DNA from: a virus
Direction: 5' to 3' (one strand)
Length of the DNA: 64,000 bases
IMG/VR virus record: IMGVR_UViG_3300045988_159706
The notes under the pieces were generated by a model. The model ran no database searches. It was given only the letters and a program-made list of their open reading frames with translations, and had not been told where the DNA came from. This document shows positions 24,972-37,124 of the stretch, in pieces (position 1 is the first letter of the stretch; each line of letters begins with the position of its first letter). A program made the position numbers and the translations under genes.

Positions 24972-24997
24972 CTTGTGATCTTATATCTAATGGCATA

Positions 24998-26206
24998 TTA
25001 CTCTATACTTTTAATTAAACCACTTCTATCATCAGTATTTTTCAATAATTCATAACAGATAAGTTTACCAGCCTCTATAGCAACATCATCAGACGAATCT
25101 TCTTGATATTGTTTATATAGACTCTCTAATTTATCGGTAAACTCTTTACGAAAGATAACTTCTTCCTTTTCAATTTCTGCTTGCTGAATTACTCCTCCTT
25201 CTCCCTGAGCAACAACTGGAATACCTTTGCTGGTAATTTGTCCTTCTAATTCAGGATTTACTTTTTCTAGATTGTGTTTCCTAGCATGTAAAGCTCCTTC
25301 TGGTATTAGATTCATTTTTCCTCCAAGTTGAAACTTCTGAGGATCTTCTGTAGGTTTAACTTTTCAGGAATTAATAAGACTTCTAGCCGTATCTAATTCT
25401 GGAAATTTCATTCCTTTTTTAGATAATAGTAATTGTGGAGTGTATCCAGCATATTTATTTTGATTTTGTGATAAATAAGTATCACCAGCACTATTAGATT
25501 TTCTAAGTTTACTTTCTAAACTAATATCAGTTATTAGATTATTAACTCTATTTTGCTCTCTAATAAACTTATTAGCTTTACCAGTTCCTAACATTCTCTT
25601 ACCACTTAATGCTTGAGCGGCATTAATATCTGCAACTGATCCTCCATAGGCATTTGTCATTTGATCAATTTCTGCAGATTTATAAGACTTCGCAGTTCTA
25701 CCTCCAAACATACCCACAAGCATGGATACACCAGGAAGACTATTAATAAAACCTTGAGTGGCAGCTTTACCACCAATACCTGCTCTTTTTGCAGCGTCTG
25801 CATCAATATTATCTAAATTTAATCCTGTTGCAGAACCGATTGCATCTACTACTCCTGAAGCAGCTCCAATAATAGCTCCAATAGGGCCCACAGAGCTGAT
25901 TGCACTGCGGATGCCCTCTCTTGTTGAAGCTTGTTCTTGAGTTAGTCCTGAAGTAGATAATCCTCCAAGCATGGAACTTGCTGCCCCTAAACCTGCTTGT
26001 AATCCTCCAGACATTCCCATTTTATTACCAGTAGATGCAACATTAGCTGCACTCTTGGCACTTTTTTGAACTGCTTTAGTAGATTCTTTAGATGGTCCAG
26101 AAGCCGCTAGTTTCATTTTATCTAAAGGGCTTTTTAAAGTTCCAGAAGGGTTAAATCCTGTAGGTATACTTGAGCCTGATGACGCTTTTACTATTTTATT
26201 ATGCAT
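24998..26206 (-). CDS. hypothetical protein with Gly/Ala/Ser-rich hydrophobic region, 402 aa when TGA=Trp
   Basis: ATG 26204-26206 to TAA 24998-25000. Merges 25364..26206 and 24998..25315 through TGA 25364; gap checked. Contains PQKFQLGGKMNLIPEGALHARKH. Confidence 0.65.
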
Positions 26207-29200
26207 AACTTAACCGTAATAATAATTGAATAGCATTAATTACTACTAGTTTCTCACCAGTATATTTAATTCTAATTTTAATCCATTTGTCTCTGATTCT
26301 TGTACTTTTTAATTCAGTAGAATTGTCAGTACCTACAATTCTATCTTTATAATATATAGGAGTAATTGTAGTAAACCATCGATCTTCTTTGTATTCAATA
26401 TTACCAAGTCTTCTGCCATAAGTTTTTATATTTTTAATTGGCTGTTTAACTTTTAGTATATACTGATTCAGAACATGGTCTTTCTCAATTTCTACCTGTT
26501 GCTTATCAAAAATTTGAGAGTATTTACCGTCCTTTGCAGTTGCCTTTTCTAAATCTAATTTCTTCTTAGCATACCCTACACTATCGAAATTTCCATCAAT
26601 ATCCCAAAATTTATCTGAATTAGCATGCTCTGATTTATAAAGACCTGCTTTATTAAAATCATACACATCTCCGATAATTTCAAATTCCAAAGTTTCTGGT
26701 TCTACATTATTAGAAATCATAACAAGATTATCAAAGATCTTATGAACTCCAGCTGGAGTATTTACAACAAATTCAAACTCAAAAGGCTCTTGTTTATTGT
26801 ACCATTTAGTTGGAAGGATTTCATTATCAGGATTTCCATCAAAGTAATTAATCTCATTAAAGATGCCTGCTCTGCCATGAACATAAAAACCATTTCTTAA
26901 AAGCTTTTCATAAGCTTCTTGAGATTCCTTAGGAAGTTCAGTAATATCTCGTATTAGTACTATAGATTCCTCTATTGTATTACTTAGAGCTTTAACTTTA
27001 TTTTCCCCATCCTGTTCTGAAATATTTTCCTCATTTACATAAGGATTATCAGTATTTTCTAGTTCTGTATTAATAAATGGAGTAACCTCAAAATTAATTT
27101 TTAAATATAATAATTTATCAACTTCTTCAAAACTATTTACTATAAGCTTAAGATTTTTTCCATCCTGAGTTATTCCTATTTTCTTCTGACTGAAATCCTG
27201 GTCATAATCTCCAACTAAATACTGTGAGAAACTTAAATCCTGAGCATTACTAATTTTGCATTTAATGTCATATTTAGGGTCTTCTGGTTTATCTGTGAAT
27301 CTAACTGTATGTTCCACATCGTTTTCATCTAAAACAGATGAAGTAATAGATGTAATTCTAACATTAAATTTATCAAAGAATTCATAACCTTTCATTACAA
27401 TAGTTCTTGTAATGTCACCATACTCCCAAAGATTTCCACAAGTTCTATTAAAGCCCGCTCTATCTTCAATATGAGGGCCAGATTCAGTATTTATGTTATC
27501 ATAAATAATACCATAAATAGAAGCCCTTTTTCTATCTAAAGATAAGAAGATATTATTAATATTCTCAGAAGCAAGAGGAGTTCAACTATACTTAGTTATC
27601 CATTTTTCAAGTCTCTCATTGTAGCATAAATTCCAAACTTTATCCCCATTATAGAAAGTAAACATAACATCACCTTTATAATTGTTAAAGTGTGTTTTTA
27701 CATTCTTTAAAGAGATAATAGGATACTTATCGCTTTCTTGTAAAATAATATTGTCATGTAAGAATCTTTGAACAGACATATCAGAAATTATCTGAAATCC
27801 ATTTGCATTATATCTCCAAATCTTTTTAGCATAGGTATCTACACCATAAATTCCATTTGGAGTACGTATAATAGATTCTTGCCAAATACTTCCATAGTCT
27901 GGAGATATAGGAGTTACTTGATTTTGCAGTACTCCAGATCCATACATATGAATAGCTTGACCTGTACTTGTTGCAATTAATGCTTTTTCATTAATAGGAA
28001 TAATAGCACAACCATGTTCAAATACACAGAAAAGATTTGCACCTAATGAAAGTAATTTAACAATTGCTCCATATTGACGTTCAATATCCTTATATGATAA
28101 TCCTTGGAATATTCTATATGCATTTCTAAAGTCATCTTCAATCTGTACATTACTAAACATAACTCTAGTATCAAAGATGTCTTTTACATAAGGAACATTT
28201 GGCTGAGTAAAGTATTTCTTAAATGGTAATGAAGTTGAGTATCCTGCATTTAGCAATTGTGATTCAGGAATCTTATTTACTGGAGCAACAGTCATTCCTT
28301 GTAAAGGATAAAAGCTTCTTGCATTTCCCATCAAAGCCATTTCCTCTACATTTTGTCTATTTTCTGAACGCAATCCAAGATTATAATTAGAAAGACATTT
28401 ATATGTAAACCACTGCCCCATAGGAACAGTATTAATATCAGCTCTATTGATATCCTTCCAATCTTCAGTAGATGTTTGACTATATCCCTTATAGCCATCT
28501 TTCCATGTATTTGGATTAACAATCATATCATTAGTAGGAACCTCAGAATCAATAAAGTTAGTGTTGATTCTGATTGTTACTGTAGCTGTGAAACAATCCC
28601 CTCTGAATACTGTTGGAACTACTTGGGCAAATAGTTTGTCAGTAATGTTATACGAAGTTACAGTTTTTATATCATCAACTATTTCTTCTTTAGTAGAATA
28701 ATCATCATCAATATGTTCTTCACAGTATTCTGTAATTTTAGATTTTTCTACCCATTTATTTTCTTCAAGTTGATAAGTTGTTATATACTTTTCTACTCAA
28801 TGTATTTCTACTACTTCTTTAGTTTCAGAATCTAATACTGTTTTTGGTTTTAGCTCTTTATCACTAATCTCATATCTTGGACTAATTGCCATAAATGGGG
28901 ATAAATCGTTTCCTCTAATCTTGAAATACTGCGTTTCATATGCTTGAGAGTAATTATTTACTCGTATTGTGTAAATAGTATTATCCTTTAAATCCTGATT
29001 AGTTCCTACAAAAGGACAGTAAACCCCTCTAACAATGTTATTATTGTTTTTCTCATAGTTTTTGCTTGAGAAGAATCTAAAATCCTTTGCGTCCTCTGAG
29101 GAACCCGCTCGTGTAGAAAAACCATAATCATCTACATATTTTAGAGGAATATCAGTTGGAATATAAATTAATTTACTTTGGGTATTAAGTATAGTTTTAT

Positions 29201-31010
29201 TCCAGTTAGATTCTCCTTCAGGAACCCCTATTTGATAAGTTCTTTCAAATGAAGATGTATGGGCTAATTCAAAATCAAATTCTTTAGTAAGTAAGAATTC
29301 TGAGTTATCTAACATTGACTGAATTTGAGGATTAACCATAGCATCAACACAAAGTAACCCTGAAGATTGTTTAGAACCTGTTTTAATTATTCTATCTTTA
29401 TAAGAAGTGGAAAGTACTCTTTTACTATTAATAAAAGACTCTGTAAAATACATTCCATCTTGATATTTTTCATCATTTAGTTTCTGATCAAATAACATTG
29501 GAATATATGATACTTTATCAACTCCTATAGAATACCCTTGAGCAATAACATTAGGAATTCTCTTTTGTCTAACAAAGAAAAATCCTTTTACTTTATATTT
29601 AGATAATTCTGTAATTAAATCAGAATTTAATGTGAACTTAAGACCAATAGGTTCTGTAGCTTCTTTACCCTTTTCATGATTCTGAATATTAATTCTTGGA
29701 AATTTAAATACTCCTTTAGTATTAGCTAAAAAACTACTTCCTGCTAAGAAAAAATCTTCTTTACTAATAACATTAACTTCTCCCGTTTCCCTATCTTTAT
29801 ATAACTCTGTAAAGCTATTGTTAGCATTTTCAGAAGTTCCATATTTAAAATTAGTTAAGTGATTCCTATCAGTGTCAAATGGAATGTCGTAGTCTTCAAT
29901 AGTAAATTTGCAGCCCCTTAAATTATAAACAGGGGAAATGGAATCATCTAAAAAAATATAAACAATTCCGATTCTATATAATTCCTCTGGCCAATATCCT
30001 AAAGAATAGTATATAGAAACTGGATTATAGTATTCAATTTTTCCTACATTATCTAAATTAGTCTTTCTGGTATAAGAATCAGGTCTAACATACCCAATAT
30101 CTTTACCTTTGGTGCATTCAGCTTCTATGAAGTAGGAGATATTTTGCAAATCATCATTAGCTACTACTGTCTGTTGAACATTTCCAAAGAAGAGCATATT
30201 TTGTACTTGAGCTTGAGTTTTTACTCCAGTACAAATATTATATTTTATATTTAACTCTTCTTCATTTATTGCTAATGTTTCTTCAAACCCATCTAAGGTT
30301 AGCAGTAGAGAAGAGCCCACAATTTTGTAAGGCTCTTTTACTTGAAAAGTCTCAGTTTTTAATATTCCATTTAAATCAGAATATTCTCGTCTTACATAAA
30401 CAAATACTTTAGCAAATGAGGTATCAATATTATTAATCTGCAGATTAATAGCTTTATCTGTCCTTTCATCCTCTAATGTTCCAGATATAGAATATATTTT
30501 TTCTAAAGTCCCTTTAAATACACTAATTATTCCTGATTCAGCAACGACATCTGTTTTATTATAATCATTATCAGCTAACTTTAAATAAATAGTATAATTT
30601 CCTCCTTTTAATTGCCCATGATGCGCAATATTTAAAAGTTCTATTTTAGGAATTTTGTTTATATTTCTAAATAATCTGGTCTGAGCATCCATCAAACCTT
30701 CTTTGTATAAGTTTGTTTGCTCAGTTTGGTTTCTAAGTATTCGTCTATACTTATTATCCTCAATCACAGAATATGTTGTGTTTATAATTCTGGGGGGATT
30801 CAAATCATCGTTAATAATTAAATTAACGGTACCATCATAAGAGGGCTGGCACTCTATATCCACTGGTTTATTTAAATCAAACTGAAGTTCATCAGTTTCG
30901 AAGTCTTCTATAACTCCTCCTTTAGTTAATTTATTATGTAGTGGATTATATTCATGTGCCAGATCCCCTTCTGATTTATATTTTTTAACGGTTAGTTTTA
31001 TTTTCCCCAT
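26199..31010 (-). CDS. giant tail structural protein, 1603 aa when TGA=Trp
   Basis: One frame from ATG 31008-31010 to TAA 26199-26201. Merges 28797..31010, 27582..28526 and 26199..27395. Both gaps walked; 2 in-frame TGAs (27582, 28797). The tail role is inferred from size and position only. Confidence 0.7.
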
Positions 31011-34000
31011 TATTTGTTATATTTAATTCACGTTTTTTAAATTCTGGCGAAGGTACTAATATACTACTAACATTATTTCATATAATGGCATTTCCCCAAT
31101 CAATTCCTCTAACAAATCCACTTCTAGTTTCATTATTTTTTCTGCTAAACCAAACTGCTTCTGGAAAATTAGCATAATAGAAATTTCCTCTATCATTATT
31201 GTATTCAAACCTTAATGAGTTTCCTATAAATTTTACAAAATCAATATTTACTGTTGTGGATTCTAAATCACAATAAACTTTATTTTCTGAATAGTTTCGA
31301 GTTGCTAATCAATTATTTATCTCTTTTTGTAATAAAGCATTTAATTGTGAAATAAATGATGTAAAAGTTGTAGAGTACATTGGTGCATTAACTGCATCTA
31401 TATATTGATAATTATTTGTTTTTGAAGAAATAGTAACATGTGCAAAAGTTCCATTACTCAAGTTTGTAGTACTATAAAACTTAGGATTTATATTTATACT
31501 AGAAAATAATTGATCTAAATTAAGATTAGAAAGATCCTTTTTAATATTTATCCCTTTATAAAAAATAGAATTCAAAGTATCTGTTCTTTTATAATTTACG
31601 GTAAACAAATTTTCAGAATATACCCTTATGTTTGAATCTGTGTGTTTTAGAAAATTCTTATAATCTATATGTAAATCATAAACACCGTATAATTGTATTC
31701 CTAATCCAAATAATAATGCACCAACACATTGATGCATATATTGATTTCCTGTATACTCATCATTAACTTTAAAAATATCTGCTGCGGATATTTTATTTGA
31801 AGCTACTAACCATTTAGATTCCTTATTAACTTTATTGTTTACTCCAAATCTATCGTTTATTCCAGTAAATGCTCCTTTAAAAGAAGTTAACTCAACTGGC
31901 ATAAAATTTATTACAGCTACAGTTTTAGAACCTCCTACAGAAGCTTTACAAATAATTCCAATTCCACTACAAAAATTTCCTTTTCCAGAAGTACAATCTG
32001 CACTTACATCTCCAAAATATCATCCTCTTGAAGTCCTAGTTGTATCTACAGTAGTAGTAGGGGATACAGGCACAAAAGTTCAACCAAAATCATTATTAGT
32101 AACATAATCGTCTACTAATTGCATTAATTTATTACCATCATCTTGTCTACCTTGGTTATATCGTTTATCCTTATTTTGTAATTGTAGAGTATTAAAATCA
32201 AAATTTTCTTCAGGATCAGTTTCAATAAGTCCTGCTAAAGTATGATTATTAGAAGAATCAGTTCATGTAGTGATTCTATAAGCTCTACGTAGTAATCCTC
32301 CTGCCACTAAGGTCTTTTTTTCAAGCTCTTTTAGATTTTCTTCAGTTCAAAAAGTTTCAGGAATATTAGTAATTAATTCTTTGATTTTTCATTCTTCTGA
32401 AAATTTAATAAATAAATTTTTATATAAATATCATCTTGAGCCATCTTTTCCCTCGTATTTATCGCTTATATAACCTGCTAACTCTGCTTTTGTGTAAATC
32501 GTATAAACAGAAGTATCTACTGGATTATCTTCATTCTTTAATAATTTAGTTTTTAACAAATATGGAATTTCATTTGCAGGATTATAATATGTAACTTGTT
32601 TTCCATTCTCAGATAATATAACAGATGATGATACAACGCTATCTCAGGTTACATCAGCCCACATGCCCTTATTAGTATTTAATATTAAAGGTGCAGGTAT
32701 ATGATATTTAAGGTTAGTAATATGAGTGGACATACATCCATAATAAGCATTTTTTGATAAATCTGCCCTATTGATCACCTTTGTTGCTGCAGTTACTTCT
32801 GATTGACTTAAATCCAAAATAAAATTATTCTTTGGAAAATTGTCTTCTGTTAACATATTTCCTTCTTCATCCATATAAAAGGCAATATTTAATAACTCAT
32901 TTGGATTTAAACAACTTATATATTTATTGTATATATATTTAGAATCATCATTAATAAAATTTTCAATATTTTTATTTATGGTAATATTACTCTTAATCCT
33001 AGATGTCCATTCTGTTAACTTAATGTCTTGATATCTTGATTCTTCTGAATAAAATGTATTAAACAATTCAGATGTAATCAAAAATTCAGCCGCACAATGA
33101 ATTGGTTTAATTGTAGGTTTATCAGGATATTTATCTGGATAATTTATGTGATTTTCTAAAGCTTTTATATAAACCTCTCAGTCTTTAATATTAAAGAAAC
33201 CTAGTTCAAATATATAAATTTCTTCTTTTTGAAATCAATCGTTTTTATTTTCAGTTCCATAATTAATCGTTAATATATTTTGCCCCAATAAATTCAAGCT
33301 ATCAATGTCTTGATAATCTGTATTTTTTCCGAGCTGTTTAAATTCGTTTCCAATTTCATGAATTCTATATTTACAAGTAATCTGACTTAGATTAGATGTT
33401 GGACTAATTATACTAAAATTGATTGTAACTCCTTCATCATCTGATAAGTATTTATAAATAGAGAATGTTTCTATTTCATTAATGCTATACAATTCCCCTA
33501 AATTAATAGTGTATGTTACAGCTAAATTATCATAGACAATTCCATAAGTATCATCAATGATATAAGGAGTGGCTCTAATAACAACTGTTTTATTATTTTC
33601 AATAGCCTCTTTTGAAATATCTAAACTTTTCTGATTATTAAAAGTTAAAATATCAATAGTATTTCCATAATTAGTAGGAGTTCCATTCTCCTCACTATTA
33701 ACATGTGATCCATTATCTCAATCATTCTTTCAGCTACCCCCAGCATAGCTATAATCAAAATAAACTTTAAGATTATCATAATAATCTTTTCAGTCTCCTG
33801 TAGTATTAATTGTTAACTGTCCTTGAACATTAAAAGATAATTTTCCAGTTCCCTCTCCTGTTTGTCTTGTAGAAGTACTGGTTAGGAAGCTTGGAATTTT
33901 TATATCAGTTAAGTATAAATCAAAAGAAGCTGGCTCTATAAGAGAAGGTTTATATGCTAACCATCCTGGAGTCTCTCAGGTTACGTTTCTTAACTTTTCT

Positions 34001-34698
34001 GGAGCATAATCATCAGGATCCGAAATTACTAAACCTTCTTCAATTGGTAAGGCTTCTTTAGATTCCGTTAATGTATAATATTCACAACGTTGAAATTTCC
34101 AACGAGAATCTTCCCCTTCCTCCTTTTTTAAATAATACTTATCACCAGGATTTAAAAAAGTGTCTTTCAAATCTAAGCTATCAGCAGGAAAGAAAACTCT
34201 TAAATTCTGATTAGGTTTAGTATTAGTAAATAGTACATCCGTTGCAGGGTTTTCACTTGTACCTTTTAAGTTTACAATACCATCATTTATTAAACTATTA
34301 GGATTTGTTGGTCACGTCCAATCAGGGTCTAATGTATAAGTTGGAACCCCTTGATAATTTTCGGTTTTAGAACCATATTCAGAATTATCAAATAGTGTTT
34401 GTGGAGAAGGATATGAGCCAATTTGGCATTTTTTATCAATTGGATTATATGAAACTATGTATATAATATTTCCATACTCCTTAATTCCAATAGGAATATA
34501 ATCTGCATATAATTTAGCTTTGTCCAGCTTATAGTTACCCATATCATTCTGCAGAATATACTCATTGCCATTATATGTTATAACTGTACCATTAATACAG
34601 TCTGTTAAAATGTCATTAGGTGTTGTTAATGGATGTAAATCAGTATTCAAACCACCTGTAAAAGTATTTATTGCTTGTTGTTTAGTATTATTTGCCAT
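30985..34698 (-). CDS. large tail structural protein, 1237 aa when TGA=Trp
   Basis: One frame from ATG 34696-34698 to TAA 30985-30987, walked codon by codon. 16 in-frame TGAs: 31078, 31309, 32020, 32080, 32263, 32347, 32389, 32431, 32644, 33178, 33235, 33718, 33730, 33790, 33976, 34312. Contexts are Trp-like (GDWKDYYDN, GGSWKNDWDNG). N-terminus is MANNTKQQAINTFTGGLNTDLHP. Overlaps the next gene by 26 nt. Confidence 0.7.
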
Positions 34699-34700
34699 AC

Positions 34701-35249
34701 TTAAATCATTTGTATATTTCCATTGTCATCTCTATAAGCAAAATATCTTGCTCTTCGAGTGGTTCAATTTTCTTTGTAAAACATCCATCCTACATCTTCT
34801 GGATAGTCAACTATAAAGAAATATTTACGACCTCGATCAGCAAAAGCTTCTTCTTTTATTTTGTAAGCAAACATATAGGGGTAATGAAAGACTTGTCGTC
34901 TAGTACCTCTATTTTTCTTCTGAGATTGGTAGTACTCAAATTCCTTTTCAGTCATTCCAAAATAATAATGACCATCATAGATAGTTTTTTGTCGTCTATA
35001 AAGAAATCTCAGCTTTCTTTTGTACTTTAGTCTTCAATAATGATAATGTGTAAAATCATCGTTGAATAATTTACCTGTGTACATAGTATAATATGATGTC
35101 ATATTAATGGTATCTAAACCATTCCTATGACAAGTATTAAACATCTTCAATCCATAATTTAATATCTGTTTTATCTCATGTTTGCTTAAAGAAGGAAACT
35201 TCTCATTAACTTCATCAATATAATCTGTATAGTACTTAATAATATCCAT
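34701..35249 (-). CDS. hypothetical protein, 182 aa when TGA=Trp
   Basis: ATG 35247-35249 to TAA 34701-34703. Merges 35034..35249 and 34764..34955 through TGAs at 35034 and 34764. Gaps checked. Confidence 0.6.
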
Positions 35250-35752
35250 TAGAAGTAGCTTTTTCCTGCGTTCGTATTATCACTAATAATATCTTTTAAC
35301 TTCTTATTGACATAGATGGGTTTTTCTTTCACTCCAGATTTAGTTTCAAAAGTATAAAATAACTGATGGCCTTTAAATCCAGATAATACAAAGTCAATGT
35401 CTCTAAATTTACCCTTTTTTCACATTTCTTTGAATTCATCTCCCTGAAATGTTTTCATAGCAATTTCAGAATTAAATCCAAATGTATCAGGTAATGCAAA
35501 AATAACATTATTATTTATGATATCCAAAACCACTAAATACAAACAATAGTTAAGTACTTTAGCAGCTAACTCTTGCCTTGTATCAGCTTTATATTCCTTT
35601 AAATACTGTTTTTTCGAAAGTTTTATTTTATCCTTCTTAAATTTTCTAAATAATTCAGTAGAAGTTATGCAATGGCTAGTATAATAACGCATTTTATAGA
35701 ACTGGTTTAAATGATTTTCCGTACTGCTTCCTATCTCAACGAGTTTTAACAT
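35249..35752 (-). CDS. hypothetical protein, 167 aa when TGA=Trp
   Basis: ATG 35750-35752, immediately after an in-frame TAG, to TAA 35249-35251 (TAATG overlap with the next start). One TGA at 35420. Confidence 0.55.
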
Positions 35753-36383
35753 CTAAAATGGCATCCATATCATTTTGTGTAAACATATCTGGAATTCTAG
35801 CTGCTGTGCAGGCTTTCATCCAATCAGCCTTAGCTACTTGTGCAAGTTGAACAAGATTTCCATCCTTCCTCATTAATGCTTGTTTATATGTATCCGAATA
35901 CACAACATATGCAGCTAAAGCTCTAACTTCTTTATCATTAAGTAGTGGTAACCCATCTTCATCAGCAATAATTCCATGATAAAGAATGATAACTTTAGGA
36001 AAATCTCTATCAAAAACAATCTCGTCCCCTTCCTCTCTATATTTAATCATTTTTCCAGCTTCATATAAAGTGGACTCATCTCACTTTCAAGCTTCAATAT
36101 ATTTTTCAACATATTGATTATATACTTGAGGATAAGTGGTTTGATTGGATGTCATTTGAGCATCCATATAAGGAATTGTGACTGATTCTATCTCCACTAA
36201 ATTGCAAGGCAATTGAATACGTTTGTTAACTGTATTTGTAATATACTTATGCAGCTTTGTGTGCCTATTTCCTATTAATTCCCATCCTAACATTGCAACA
36301 TCTTCAAAGTTAGTCGGATCTACTGTGATTCCATAGACAATACTTGCCATGGAATAAACTGAGTTAAAATTATGTAGTTTCAT
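35694..36383 (-). CDS. hypothetical head/neck-region protein, 229 aa when TGA=Trp
   Basis: ATG 36381-36383 to TAA 35694-35696. Merges 36087..36383 and 35736..36050 through TGAs at 36087, 36081 and 35736. The C-terminus then reads ...DVKTRWDRKQYGKSFKPVL. Overlaps the next gene by 59 nt. Confidence 0.55.
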
Positions 36384-37051
36384 TATAATGGAGTTTGAGT
36401 ATTAGGCTGAGAAGGCAGCATAAGTTGACGATAATATCTAATCTTCTTCTCAGTTAGTCTATGGATAATATCATTAGAGATAATTCCACATTCTGTTATA
36501 GCTTCTGGATCATTACAGCAATCAAATTCTAATAGTTTTCTTGGATCTAAAAAAATTGCAATTACTGAAATATATTTTACAAAAGGAACATTAAAGATAT
36601 AGCCATCAATGTTGCCATTAGAGTTTATTGTAGGGTCTATATAAACAAATGGTTTATCAGCTCCTCTCTTTCTAAAGAAATGATATTTATAACTTACATC
36701 AGTATAAACACTATATTGTTCTTGTCTATCTATACTTCCTACAAATTGAATTGTGGAAATTCCATTCATAAGAAGAACAGGAGGAATTTCAAAGTGAAGG
36801 GCTTTCTTCCCAACTGGAAGATCACAACATTTTGACATAAAATTACAATTAACTTCAACACAGTTTACTGCATTATAAAGTTCTTGTAAAGTCATAACTC
36901 CTTTTAAAAGATATTCTTTTGCAATATTATTTCTTTCTGCAACAACCTCATCAGTTAATTGTTCTAATGACATTGCTGGATTACTTACAGTTCCTTTTAG
37001 GCCGTCGTAGACATTGTTCCATACGGCACTAGCTATGGCTTCTATTGTCAT
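36383..37051 (-). CDS. hypothetical head/neck protein (222 aa)
   Basis: Uninterrupted ORF from ATG 37049-37051 to TAA 36383-36385 (TAATG overlap). No TGA. Confidence 0.65.
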   Translation of the reverse strand: MTIEAIASAVWNNVYDGLKGTVSNPAMSLEQLTDEVVAERNNIAKEYLLKGVMTLQELYNAVNCVEVNCNFMSKCCDLPVGKKALHFEIPPVLLMNGISTIQFVGSIDRQEQYSVYTDVSYKYHFFRKRGADKPFVYIDPTINSNGNIDGYIFNVPFVKYISVIAIFLDPRKLLEFDCCNDPEAITECGIISNDIIHRLTEKKIRYYRQLMLPSQPNTQTPL

Positions 37052-37060
37052 AGGTTGTAA

Positions 37061-37106
37061 TATTAAAAATTAATGGCAGGCAGGAAAAAGACTCCCACCT
37101 GCCATT
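37061..37106 (-). terminator. rho-independent terminator-like hairpin
   Basis: Stem AATGGCAGG / CCTGCCATT (37072-37080 / 37098-37106). On the minus strand it is followed by AATTTTTAATA, 19 nt downstream of the stop at 37125. Confidence 0.65.
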
Positions 37107-37124
37107 ACTGTGTAAATTATATAT

